Below are positions 19,461-29,392 of a DNA stretch of 64,000 bases, one piece after another. Below the pieces are notes generated by a model. The model ran no database searches and was not told the DNA's origin. It worked only from the letters and a program-made list of their open reading frames with translations. Each line of letters starts with the position of its first letter. The stretch's first letter is position 1. This DNA comes from Thermodesulfobacteriota bacterium (GTDB lineage Bacteria > Desulfobacterota_D > UBA1144 > Nemesobacterales > JAJCZQ01): the NCBI GenBank assembly GCA_965215275.1, contig OZ244044.1, forward strand, positions 1,696,001 to 1,760,000, in the 5' to 3' direction. Made by a program: the position numbers and the translations under genes.

Positions 19461-20762
19461 TCAGAACATTTTTCCACGTTCATACCGTCTTGCCATTTTT
19501 ATTCTCTGCTCACAGACGTGGATCTTGCTGTGTATGTAGGCTTGCTCAAAGCTGTTTTCTGATATATCTGCCGCTTTCCTGAAGTGGTTTTCTGCCTTTT
19601 TGTATTTGTGCAGTTGCAGATTAAGGTCGCCAAGGGTCAGTGAAAGCAAGGCACTCTGTTCGATCTCATCCACGTTACAAATATTATTGATCGATCTCAA
19701 CCCCTCTTCGGGTCCGCGGAGTTTTGATACCGCAATAGCTCTCTCCAGTTCGATCGGGGTGCTGTGGTTGATCTCAAGATATCTGTCGTATAATGAAATT
19801 ATCTGTTTCCAGTCGGTCAGTTTATAGTCGGAACAGGTTGAATGTACGGCGGCTACTCCGGCTTTCAGATGGTAGATAGATACCTCTTTTCCGTCTGCCG
19901 ATGAGTAAAGGTGCTTTATCCCTTTTCTGATCATTTCCGGGTTCCATAACGATCTGTCCTGCTCTTTCAGGCTCAGGATATTTCCGTACCTGTCTTTCAT
20001 TGCACCTATCCTTGAGGCACACAGTAACATGTATGCAAGCAGTGCCCGGGATTTTGGACGGTTCGTTTTGGGGTGTGATGTAAGGAACTGTAAGAGATTA
20101 ACTGCAGTATAACAAAGCTGGGGGAGTATCTTTGATCTGTCCTTAGGGTGATTGAAACCCAGTTCGAAGATCGAGAAAAGCGATCCTAATATTCTGTTCA
20201 GCCCTTCATCTATCGTGTATTTCCCGGGTATGCTGAATGGAGCATTACTGGATATTATATGCGTTTTAGCCTTGTTGATATCGTTAAGGACGCTGGTTTC
20301 GTTCTTTGAAAGTGCTCTTGCTATATCGGATAAAGTATACCCTCCGAGTATTTTCAGTATCAGTGCCATCCTGGTATCTGAATCTGTGCTTTCATGACAG
20401 CAGAAAAACATCATTGCTACGTTGTTCGAGACCGCTTCGTCGCTGTCAGGGTAGTTCAGCTTTGATAAATGCCCGCTTTTTATAATTCCGGCAGAACTGC
20501 GATATTTGACTTTGGTACAGAAAAGGTCGCTGGAGTTATCAGTGATAAACCGCCAGACCATATCTTTTGCATCATATAGAGCGGTTTTATGGGACCAGCT
20601 GGACTTTGCCTGCCTGAAGGACCTTGCAACAAGGTCATCTATTACCATCAGGTTTTCAATACCAAGGCGTCTGGCCAGTGTAGAGGTGATCGTGCCGTAG
20701 TACCTTTTTGAAACCTGATCTATTTTTCTGTCTGCTTCAGGGGAGTTATTAATTAGCGTCAT
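19461..20762 (-). CDS. ECF42-like sigma factor with DUF6596/TPR C-terminal extension, divergent region 2
   Basis: DIARAL, LKEQDRSLW, AAVH, DWKQIISLY, RGPEEGL. Confidence 0.75.
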   Translation of the reverse strand: MTLINNSPEADRKIDQVSKRYYGTITSTLARRLGIENLMVIDDLVARSFRQAKSSWSHKTALYDAKDMVWRFITDNSSDLFCTKVKYRSSAGIIKSGHLSKLNYPDSDEAVSNNVAMMFFCCHESTDSDTRMALILKILGGYTLSDIARALSKNETSVLNDINKAKTHIISSNAPFSIPGKYTIDEGLNRILGSLFSIFELGFNHPKDRSKILPQLCYTAVNLLQFLTSHPKTNRPKSRALLAYMLLCASRIGAMKDRYGNILSLKEQDRSLWNPEMIRKGIKHLYSSADGKEVSIYHLKAGVAAVHSTCSDYKLTDWKQIISLYDRYLEINHSTPIELERAIAVSKLRGPEEGLRSINNICNVDEIEQSALLSLTLGDLNLQLHKYKKAENHFRKAADISENSFEQAYIHSKIHVCEQRIKMARRYERGKMF

Positions 20763-20886
20763 CGTTTAAAGCGGGGAATTGTAACACAAAATATCAAATG
20801 TCAAAATTTTCAGGATTTTATTTAAACTGGTCGTAACGACTGCGGACCGACCTGCAGGGATATTCAGCCCATTCAGGGTCCGCTTT

Positions 20887-21882
20887 TTATTTTGCTTCAA
20901 AGAAGCAGACGGCAAATCTCTTCATCCCGTCCGTCCAGTAATTCTTTAAAACGTAAAGATCTTCTATCAGCTTTTCAAATTCCTTTATTGAGAACTTATA
21001 AGAGTTCTCGGTGTGAATGGTTTCGCCCTTTTCAAATCTGATCGCCGTTCCGTTTACCCTTACGGTCTGGTCTTCAGTACTTCTTAAGTGCATTTCTATA
21101 CGTCCCTTGTCCTCGTTGTAAAAAGCTTTGTGCCGCCACTTGTTCAGATCGAAATCCGTGTTGAGAACGTCGTTCAGATTGTTCAGTATATTCAGGTTGA
21201 ACTCGGCGGTCAGTCCTTTTTTATCGTTGTAGGCTCTTTCGATCGTTGCCTTGTCCTTCTTCAGATCGATCCCGATCAGCAGGCCGCTTTTTCTGCCGCA
21301 GAGAGAAGCGATGTTCTTTAAAAACTCCACGCATTTTTCCGGAAGGAAGTTTCCGACCGTCGCTCCCGGATAATAACAGATCATATTATCGCAGTTCAGA
21401 CCGGTCTCGGGAATTGAAAATGGCTTTGTGTAATCGGCAGCTATCGGAACGACCTTCAGACCGTTGAACCTGCTGGACAGCTTTTTTGCTGTTTCGATCA
21501 GCAGACAGCTTGAAATATCAACCGGGATATACCCTGCCGGTCTTTTAAGATTTTCGAGTATGATACGGACCTTTTTGCTGCTTCCGCTTCCCGGTTCAAG
21601 TATAACGGCGTTTTCACCAATGCACTGAACGATCTTCTCCACGTTGTCGTTAAGGATGGAAGTTTCGGTTCTGGTCAAGTAGTACTCTTCTGACCTTGAT
21701 ATTTCTTCGAACAGCTTAGAACCCTGGTCGTTATAGAACAGTTTGCACGGAAGTTCCTTCTGCTCTTTTGTCAGGGAGTTCAGTACTTCCCTGGATATTT
21801 CATCTTTATATCTGTTCTGCGTTTGCTGGGTATCGGGGTTCATACTTAAGTGGTCTGATCTTCCTGAAGGACTATACTGCAT
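20887..21882 (-). CDS. egtD: L-histidine N-alpha-methyltransferase (ergothioneine)
   Basis: KELPCKLFY, EYYLTRTE, GSGSSKK, AEFNLN, RIEMHL, TENSYK. Confidence 0.93.
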   Translation of the reverse strand: MQYSPSGRSDHLSMNPDTQQTQNRYKDEISREVLNSLTKEQKELPCKLFYNDQGSKLFEEISRSEEYYLTRTETSILNDNVEKIVQCIGENAVILEPGSGSSKKVRIILENLKRPAGYIPVDISSCLLIETAKKLSSRFNGLKVVPIAADYTKPFSIPETGLNCDNMICYYPGATVGNFLPEKCVEFLKNIASLCGRKSGLLIGIDLKKDKATIERAYNDKKGLTAEFNLNILNNLNDVLNTDFDLNKWRHKAFYNEDKGRIEMHLRSTEDQTVRVNGTAIRFEKGETIHTENSYKFSIKEFEKLIEDLYVLKNYWTDGMKRFAVCFFEAK

Positions 21883-23161
21883 CTTTAGCTAACCTTATTC
21901 CCGTAAACTGCCATCGGGAATCCGGAGGAAAGAAGTTCCTGTAACAGCTTCTTACGTGAGACCTTGACGTGGCACAGGAACCACCTCTGAGAACCATCTG
22001 ATTACACATGAATTTACCGTTGTATTCTCCCAGTGCCCCAGGGGGAGTTCTGTAACCGGGGTATGGAGAGTACGGACTTCTTGTCCACTCCCATAAGTCG
22101 CCGTACATCTGTCCCGGTTTTCCGTTGCTGCTTATCAGTGGTACGGGATGGAAGTTCTTATCGTCCACGAAATTCCCTTTTATTTTCACACCTTCTGAGG
22201 CCACTTCCCATTCAAACTCGCTGGGAAGTCTTGCTCCTGCCCATCTTGAATAAGCCTCGGCTTCGTAAAAGCTTACATGGCACACTGGTTCAGCCGGGTT
22301 GACCTCGGTAAATCCATGAAGCGTAAAACTGTACCATTTTCCATCTGCTTTTTCCCAGTAAAGAGGTGCACTCCATCCGTTCGTCTGAACGGCGTTCCAT
22401 CCATCCGAGAGCCACAGCTCAGGCTTTAGGTACGCCCCGTCGTCCATGAACTCCATATACTCGGCGTTGGTGACCAGTCTGGAGGACAGGGAAAAGGGTT
22501 CGATGTAAGTCTTATGTCTTGGGAATTCGTTGTCATAGCCAAAATCCCGTCCGTCGTTGCCGATCTCGTGAACTCCGCCGTCAAAGTCCGTCCAGAACTG
22601 CTCGATATCAGCTTTGTTCCCGGTTTTGTTTCTGGGTTTTTTCCTGGACCTTCTGTAAACCGGACGAAGTGGATTTTGTGAGAACACGTGCTTAATGTCG
22701 GTGAGGATCAGTTCCTGGTGCTGCTGCTCATGATTTATACCTATATGGATCACAGGTGCTGTCTCCGAGAATTTTTCACTTTTTATATTTTTGAAAAGAG
22801 ACCTCATTGAGTCATCAACGTACGATCTGTAGCTGTAGACCTCTTCGACCGTGGGTCTTGAGATCAGCCCTCTTTTCGGTCGGCAGTGCCTTTGTCCGGC
22901 TTGAACGTAGTACGAGTTGAACAGAAAACTGTACTGCGGATGAAACGGTCTGTACCGCGGATATATCTTTGACAGAACGAATTCCTCAAAGAACCAGCTT
23001 GTATGAGCGAGGTGCCATTTGGTAGGACTGACGTCCGGCATGGACTGGACAACGTAGTCTTCAGTTGAAAGCGGTGAAGCCAGTTCACGGGAAAGTTCCC
23101 TTACTTTCTTATATGCTTCTGAAAGCTTCTTTCTGACGGTTTTACTTTCTTTTTTTGTCAT
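21872..23161 (-). CDS. egtB: Ergothioneine sulfoxide synthase
   Basis: WHLAH, FNSYY, HEQQHQE, C-terminal FGE-like domain. Confidence 0.95.
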   Translation of the reverse strand: MTKKESKTVRKKLSEAYKKVRELSRELASPLSTEDYVVQSMPDVSPTKWHLAHTSWFFEEFVLSKIYPRYRPFHPQYSFLFNSYYVQAGQRHCRPKRGLISRPTVEEVYSYRSYVDDSMRSLFKNIKSEKFSETAPVIHIGINHEQQHQELILTDIKHVFSQNPLRPVYRRSRKKPRNKTGNKADIEQFWTDFDGGVHEIGNDGRDFGYDNEFPRHKTYIEPFSLSSRLVTNAEYMEFMDDGAYLKPELWLSDGWNAVQTNGWSAPLYWEKADGKWYSFTLHGFTEVNPAEPVCHVSFYEAEAYSRWAGARLPSEFEWEVASEGVKIKGNFVDDKNFHPVPLISSNGKPGQMYGDLWEWTRSPYSPYPGYRTPPGALGEYNGKFMCNQMVLRGGSCATSRSHVRSCYRNFFPPDSRWQFTGIRLAKDAV

Positions 23162-23181
23162 GATCCTTTCTCGGCAGCAAA

Positions 23182-24753
23182 TTATATATCAGAAGGTTCA
23201 GGAGATACGATCCTGTCAAATATGTTCCTGCCTTTACTTACGGACGTGCCGGGTTCCAGCCAGTCTTCCAGAAGTCCCCACTTCTTGGCATCGTTGTAAT
23301 TTATCAAGCCCGTAAGGTTTTCGTCAAAATTGAATTTATTCCAGATCTCTTTTGAAGTTTCAGGCATGAAAGGCATGATCAGGACGTTGATGATCCTGAT
23401 GCTTTCTGCCATTACCCAGAGCGTTGTTGCCACGTCCTCTTTTCGTTCCGCTTCCTTTACGAGCACCCAGGGTTTTGCCTCATCAACGTACCTGTTGAGT
23501 TCCGCGATAAACTCCCAAACCGCTGTAAGTGCTTTGCTGTATTCAACGTTGTTCATATCGGTTTCTACTTTTTTTGCCGTTTCGGTCGCCAGTTCCGCTG
23601 TTTTTTTATCCTGGCCCGTCAGCTTACGGCCCTCCGGTACCTTTCCGTCAAAATACTTCTCGATCATTCCGAACGTTCTGCTCACCAGATTGCCAAGACC
23701 ATTGGCCAGGTCGCCGTTTATTCTGCCTATCAGTGAGGCCTTTGAGTAATCTCCATCTTCTCCAAAAGGGATCTCTCTTAAAAGAAAATACCTGAATATA
23801 TCCACGCCGAACTCATCCACTACCTTATAGGGGTCCACCACGTTCCCCAGGGATTTGGACATTTTTTCTCCTTCGACCGTCCACCATCCGTGTGCAAAAA
23901 TGGACCCTGGAACCGGCAGACCCGCGGACATTAAAAAAGCCGGCCAGTACACGGCGTGAAATCTCAGTATATCCTTTCCTACGATGTGCAGGTCAGCCGG
24001 CCATAAGGATTTAAATCTGTTCTGGTCCGCCGAGTAGCCACACGCGGTCAGATAATTCGTCAGGGCGTCAAACCACACGTAAAGCACGTGCTCTTTTTTT
24101 TCAGGAACGGGTATTCCCCAGGAGAAGGTCGTGCGGCTTATACTGAGGTCCTTTAAACCACCCTCCACGAAACTGATCACTTCGTTCCTCCTGCTGACAG
24201 GTCTGATAAAATCAGGGTTTGACCTGTACAGTTCCAGCAGTGGTTCCTGATACTTTGAAAGTCTGAAGAAATAACTGTCCTCTTTGATCTTATCTATCCT
24301 GGGTCTTTTCTCCGGAGGCAGTTTGTTTATCTCGTCAAGCTGGGTCTGCGTGATAAAGGCCTCTTCGCTTACGTTGTACCATCCTTCGTATTTCCCCAGA
24401 TATATATCTCCCTGTTCCTGTATCTTTTTAAAAAGTTCGTGTACGGCCTTTCTGTGTCTTTTCTCCGTGGTTCTTATAAAATCTGAATTTGTAATGTCCA
24501 GAATGTTCCATAAGTTCTGAAAACGCTTTACGACCCTGTTGGCAAGTTCGATCGGCTCTTCACCGTTTGATGCTGCCGCGCTTTCGATCTTCTGTCCGTG
24601 CTCGTCAGTTCCGGTCAAAAAGAACACCTCTTTTCCCTGAAGACGCCTGAACCTTGCAACTACGTCGGCTGCAATGGTGGTATAAGCGTGACCGATGTGA
24701 GGAACGTCGTTAACGTAGTATATAGGGGTTGTTACGTAGAAGGTATCTTTCAT
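23182..24753 (-). CDS. metG: Methionine--tRNA ligase
   Basis: TTPIYY, HIGH, GTDEHG, KMSKS; start placed at MKDTF. Confidence 0.97.
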   Translation of the reverse strand: MKDTFYVTTPIYYVNDVPHIGHAYTTIAADVVARFRRLQGKEVFFLTGTDEHGQKIESAAASNGEEPIELANRVVKRFQNLWNILDITNSDFIRTTEKRHRKAVHELFKKIQEQGDIYLGKYEGWYNVSEEAFITQTQLDEINKLPPEKRPRIDKIKEDSYFFRLSKYQEPLLELYRSNPDFIRPVSRRNEVISFVEGGLKDLSISRTTFSWGIPVPEKKEHVLYVWFDALTNYLTACGYSADQNRFKSLWPADLHIVGKDILRFHAVYWPAFLMSAGLPVPGSIFAHGWWTVEGEKMSKSLGNVVDPYKVVDEFGVDIFRYFLLREIPFGEDGDYSKASLIGRINGDLANGLGNLVSRTFGMIEKYFDGKVPEGRKLTGQDKKTAELATETAKKVETDMNNVEYSKALTAVWEFIAELNRYVDEAKPWVLVKEAERKEDVATTLWVMAESIRIINVLIMPFMPETSKEIWNKFNFDENLTGLINYNDAKKWGLLEDWLEPGTSVSKGRNIFDRIVSPEPSDI

Positions 24754-24844
24754 GTCGTTTACAGCCGTAGTGATACTGGACCAGAAAACTACCCAAAACA
24801 CACAAAATTACAACGACCCGTCGAGCAAGCGGCGGGACGGACCT

Positions 24845-25474
24845 TCATATAATAACGATCAGCGCAGTTGCCGCCATGCCGAAGTCCTCTATAAGCGTTA
24901 CGTAGGTCAGAGGCACTTTAAGGAACGTGCCAAGGCATACACACGTGAACGGTTCTTTTTTTAAGACCTTTACAGCAACGCCGATACCACTGAAGGTCAT
25001 AAGGGCAAACTCTGTCCACAGCAGCCAGTCGGGATGAAAACCGGCAAGCATGATGAACCCGAAAGCCGTTTCAATAAAAGGGTATATGTAGCCATATCCG
25101 TGCCACCGCGCGGCAAGCAGGTCATAGTCTGAATACCCGTCAGCAAAACCTTTCAGCTCTAACAGCTTAAAACCTCCGAAGACAAGAAAAAATCCCGTCA
25201 TGAAACGCAACAGGAACGCTTTATAGTGAGTTCCTTCAAAGCTGTCCCCGGTGCCCGTAACGGCGGCAGCTATGACCAGAAGGACAAGAATAACGAGCAG
25301 CGGTATATAGCTTTGCCATCCGGCGTCAGGACCTGTGCCGCCCGTAAAGTGATGTCCGCTTTTATACCGTTCTCCTTCCCTTACCAGTGCCATCCCGCAT
25401 ACGCTGCATTTATCCTCCCTGTCGGACGTGATCTCGGGATGCATGGGGCATACGTATGTCTGGTCAGTGGTCAT
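24845..25474 (-). CDS. Heavy-metal-binding domain fused to a MauE/DoxX-like membrane domain
   Basis: YVCPMHP...CSVCGM, then YPFIE and CVCLG with several TM segments. Confidence 0.8.
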   Translation of the reverse strand: MTTDQTYVCPMHPEITSDREDKCSVCGMALVREGERYKSGHHFTGGTGPDAGWQSYIPLLVILVLLVIAAAVTGTGDSFEGTHYKAFLLRFMTGFFLVFGGFKLLELKGFADGYSDYDLLAARWHGYGYIYPFIETAFGFIMLAGFHPDWLLWTEFALMTFSGIGVAVKVLKKEPFTCVCLGTFLKVPLTYVTLIEDFGMAATALIVII

Positions 25475-26499
25475 CTGGACAACTTCAGCAGCAGGTCCTC
25501 GTAAGCGATGATTTTATTGGCATTGAGGCGGTAAAGTCCGTACCAGCTGTCTTCAAGCTGGCTTGTCTTTGTCAGCAGGTCTTCGACAGATCTGCCTTTA
25601 ACGTATTCCGAAAGTTCGGGATAAAGGTCCGAGTTGACTATCTGCTCCCTGTCGTAGTTCAGCTTTACGAGCAGAAGGTCCCTGAGCCATAAGGATATTA
25701 TATCGAACAGGTCCCTGTGTTTAGTGGTATCAGCGTCTTTTGCACCTACCTTCATATATTCGCACAGCCTGGAGATCTTTGATGGCCTGCGGTAATTTAT
25801 CTCCATGAGACGTTTTATTATCTCTTTTCTGAAGTCCAGGTAGTCTTTGTCAGTACTTACCGCCTTTCCGATGCTCCCGCCGGCTATCTTTGATGCGATC
25901 TTGATGTACTGCTCGTCAAGAACTGCCATCTCCCTGAGCTTGTTTACGACCGTGTCGTAAGGCAGTGGGTGGAAGTTTATTAACTGACATCTTGATCTTA
26001 TCGTTGGCACGATAAAGTTTAAAGAGCTTGTTATAAGGATAATAATGCAGAATTCAGGAGGTTCCTCCAGTGTTTTTAAAAATGCGTTCTGAGCGCTGCG
26101 GTTCATTCTTTCCGCGTTATCGACAATAAAGACCTTGTAACGGGATTCAAATGGATGAAAGTAGATCTTTTTCTCAATGTCCTCCTTTATACTTCCCACC
26201 TTGATTTCTTTCTCGTTCTCATATGATAACAGCGTTACATCGGGATGAACGTTCGTGTCGATCTTAAGACACGATTGACACTTGCAGCAGACCTCTTTAT
26301 CGCCTGGGTCCTGAGATGAGGATGAACGGGCGTCCTTACTTATGCAGTTCACCAGCTTTGAGAACTCCAGAGCGAACAGCTTTTTACCGATACGGTCAAT
26401 ACCTGAAAAGATGTAGGCATGACCGATCCTGTTCTTTCTCACGGCGTTCAGTAAAAATTTCTTCTGAGGTTCGTTACCCAGCAATTTTTCAAAGTACAT
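25471..26499 (-). CDS. holB: DNA polymerase III subunit delta'
   Basis: HAYIFSG, Cys cluster, HPD, AQNAFLKTLEEPP, TIRSRC; follows tmk. Confidence 0.94.
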   Translation of the reverse strand: MYFEKLLGNEPQKKFLLNAVRKNRIGHAYIFSGIDRIGKKLFALEFSKLVNCISKDARSSSSQDPGDKEVCCKCQSCLKIDTNVHPDVTLLSYENEKEIKVGSIKEDIEKKIYFHPFESRYKVFIVDNAERMNRSAQNAFLKTLEEPPEFCIIILITSSLNFIVPTIRSRCQLINFHPLPYDTVVNKLREMAVLDEQYIKIASKIAGGSIGKAVSTDKDYLDFRKEIIKRLMEINYRRPSKISRLCEYMKVGAKDADTTKHRDLFDIISLWLRDLLLVKLNYDREQIVNSDLYPELSEYVKGRSVEDLLTKTSQLEDSWYGLYRLNANKIIAYEDLLLKLSR

Positions 26500-26510
26500 G
26501 GCCTGTTATA

Positions 26511-27218
26511 TCAAAAGGACGGATTTTCAACTGCCGACGTCTGCACAACTTTATCGATCACGTCCCTTATCTGTTTATGAAGGATTTCCCTGTCAAGCGA
26601 GGCATCTAGGACTTTAATCCTTTCAGTATCTGAGCGGGCTTCTGATATATATCCCTGCCGGATAGATTCATGGAACTCGGCCGATTCATCATCGAGCCGG
26701 TTCGTTTCACCTTCCCTTACCTGTAATCGCCTGAGCCCTTCTTTTACGGGCAGGTCCATAAGGAAGGTCACGTCCGGTTTAACGTCCAGGGTCGAATCTG
26801 ACGCGAGTTTCCTTATCGTGTCAAGGTCCAGTTTTCTGCCGTACCCCTGATACGCTATCGTGGAGTCAAAATATCTGTCGCAGATTATATCTTCCTTATT
26901 GTCCAGTTTTGGCTTTATGAAGTTCTGCACGTGCTGAACCCTGTCGGCACAGAAAAGGTAAAGCTCCGTGTATGGATTTACCAGAACGTCCTCCTTGTTC
27001 AGTGAAGCTATACCGTTGAACTGTTTAAGTTCACCGGGTGAGCGTGTAAGTCCGTCATCTGGTTCAACTATCAGATGTCTGATCAGACTGCCCACCGCGC
27101 CCCATCCTGGTTCTCGCGTCAGCGAGACCATGCGGCCTTTTTTCTCCAGGTATTCCTTGATCAGTCTGGCCTGCGTTGATTTGCCGCTTCCTTCAATGCC
27201 TTCAAAAGTTATGAACAA
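26511..27218 (-). CDS. tmk: Thymidylate kinase
   Basis: FEGIEGSGKST, TREPG, DRYFDSTIAYQG. Confidence 0.96.
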   Translation of the reverse strand: MFITFEGIEGSGKSTQARLIKEYLEKKGRMVSLTREPGWGAVGSLIRHLIVEPDDGLTRSPGELKQFNGIASLNKEDVLVNPYTELYLFCADRVQHVQNFIKPKLDNKEDIICDRYFDSTIAYQGYGRKLDLDTIRKLASDSTLDVKPDVTFLMDLPVKEGLRRLQVREGETNRLDDESAEFHESIRQGYISEARSDTERIKVLDASLDREILHKQIRDVIDKVVQTSAVENPSF

Positions 27219-27234
27219 TTTTTCCCTTTAAACG

Positions 27235-27981
27235 TTAGTTAATTTTGCCGTCAGAACCGGCAATACCCGTTTTACTCTTCAGCAGTTCAAGTTCATGATG
27301 GGTCAGATCTCTCCAGCTTCCACGTGCAAGACCGCCGAGCTTCAGGTTTCCGACCTGCACTCTTTTTAACCTTTCAACTTTCAGTCCGAAGTAACGTAAA
27401 TAGTTTTTCACCAGGTGCTTTCTTCCTTCGTGGAACGTTATTGTAAGCAGGAGTTTTCCGTTCCTTAGGCGTCTGACCTTCAGGGAATCGGGTTTTATGA
27501 ACCTTGCGTCCATGAACGCTCCATCCTCGACTTTTTTTATTGTTGTATCCTGTATTAATTCCCTGATGATCACCTGGTATGTCTTTTTAACGCCGTACCT
27601 TGGATGATGTATTCTGTTTGCAAGTTCCCCGTCGTTGGTCAGAAAGACAAGACCTTCAGAATCATAGTCCAGTCTGCCTGCCGGATATACTCTTTCCCGT
27701 ATATCCCTGATCAGGTCGGCTACCGTCGGTTTGCCGTCCTCGTTATTTATCAGCGTCGTGAGATACAGTCTCGGTTTATTCAGTATAATATATCTTTTCT
27801 TCTCCTGCCTTGCTTTCCTGTTGTTAACCAGTATCAGGTCCATGCCCGGATCTATGGACCTGCCCGGTTTTTTTACGATGTCGTCATTAACCCTGATCTT
27901 TCCACTGATTATAAGCTGATCGGCTTTTCTTCGGGAAGCTATCCCGCATTGCGATAAGTATTTATTTAACCTGACTTTCAT
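27235..27981 (-). CDS. RluB/RsuA-family pseudouridine synthase
   Basis: S4 domain RLNKYL...SRRKAD, GRLDYDSEGL. Confidence 0.92.
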   Translation of the reverse strand: MKVRLNKYLSQCGIASRRKADQLIISGKIRVNDDIVKKPGRSIDPGMDLILVNNRKARQEKKRYIILNKPRLYLTTLINNEDGKPTVADLIRDIRERVYPAGRLDYDSEGLVFLTNDGELANRIHHPRYGVKKTYQVIIRELIQDTTIKKVEDGAFMDARFIKPDSLKVRRLRNGKLLLTITFHEGRKHLVKNYLRYFGLKVERLKRVQVGNLKLGGLARGSWRDLTHHELELLKSKTGIAGSDGKIN

Positions 27982-28034
27982 AATTTATTAAATCCTTAAA
28001 GCAAAAAATTCAAGAATACTGTACAATTCTATAT

Positions 28035-29337
28035 GGGAACTATATACTTAAGTATCCAGTGGATACTAAAAGTTCTCTTTGACGAGTCATAGACCAGTTC
28101 CTGTCCCCAACCCCTCTGCAGTCTCCCCGTCCAATCACCCCTTTCCCTGAGGCTATAATTTGTTTTATTCCAGTTTCCAACTGGTTAAATGCAGCATTTA
28201 AGTCAGCATTAACTTCATAACCGCAAGATATACACTTAAATCTGGATTGCGATATTCTGTTGTCAGGAGATCTGTGTCCGCATTCAGAACAGGTTTGACT
28301 GGTATATGGAGCTGGAACTTCTTCAGTAGCATTACATTTATAATCCAGCATCCTTTTCATATCAAACCAGCCAGTAGCACGAATGTTCCTGTTCATCTTG
28401 CGAAAGTTCTTCCATTTCTTTCTGGCTGTCATCCCTTGTGTATTAAGTCTCTCAAGTATAGGAACATCATAAAGATCGGAGATCTTTCTTGTAACCTGAT
28501 GTCTCCAGTCCTTCTGTCTGTTTGCCAGCTTCCTGTGAAGTTTCTGCAACCTTTCCTTAGTAATTCTCCACCTGTTACTTCCCTCTTCCTGACGTGCAAG
28601 TTTCTTTTGGTATCTGCGTATCTTTGCTTCTGTAAGTTCATCATCAGATAACTTAAAAACCTGTCCGTCAGACAGCGTAACCTGTCTTGAATTCCTGTCC
28701 ATTGCTACAACTCTTACTTCTTTCTTTTCCTCTTTAGTTTCATCTATCTCATAGTTAAGGTACGCATACCACTTACCGCATTCCTTCTTGATCCTGCCAG
28801 AAAGGAACTTTCCATCAGGATAAGGATTCTTACCTGCCAACCTGAACCATCCAACCTGAACCATCCAACCTTTAAAATACGGACCCAGTTATTGTCTGAC
28901 AGTTTAGCTGACTGATAATTTACCGGAAACGAAGGAGTAGTTTTTAATTTACTCTTGAATTTAGGTTGTCCCGATTTTCCATTCCTGTATCTCTTACAGG
29001 CATTTGTAAGGTCCAGTAAATAATGCTGAAGTATGTAAGCAGATGCTTCTTTCAGAAAGTAGTTCTTTTCTTCTTTCTTAAACTCTCTTAAAAAATTCCC
29101 TAAACTCTCATGACTATAACCATCATTAAAATCGTTATCCCTTAAAATCCCTGTAAAGTGATTCCATACAAACCTGCAACAGCCAGCAGTAGAGGAAAGT
29201 TTATGAAACTTCTCCCTGTTGTTTGATCTCAACCTCTGCCTTACCGTTCTTATTGTCTTACCTTCTTTCATATTTGTAATTTTATCTTATTCCCTTGCTT
29301 TTTTTAAGTAGTTTGGATACTTAAGTATATAGTTCCC
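28035..29337 (-). mobile_element. Non-autonomous tnpB-carrying element with 24-bp terminal inverted repeats and an 8-bp target-site duplication
   Basis: gggaactatatacttaagtatcca at 28035-28058 and its exact reverse complement at 29314-29337; ttctatat at 28027-28034 and 29338-29345. Confidence 0.92.
28040..29271 (-). pseudogene. tnpB: tnpB split into two ORFs by a 14-bp tandem duplication
   Basis: N-half (CRFVWN, PKFKSK) and C-half (AMDRN, ILERL, TSQTCSECG, NADLNAA); ccaacctgaaccat x2 at 28837-28864. Confidence 0.9.
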
Positions 29338-29392
29338 TTCTATATTATATCACTCTGACTTGACAACCAGCGTTGAAATATGACAAGATAGT

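Noticed and set aside
26980..27070. Roughly 20-aa insertion in Tmk (and the HGGGGQQ loop in CarD)
   Set aside because: In-frame loop insertions with no sign of an intein or mobile element
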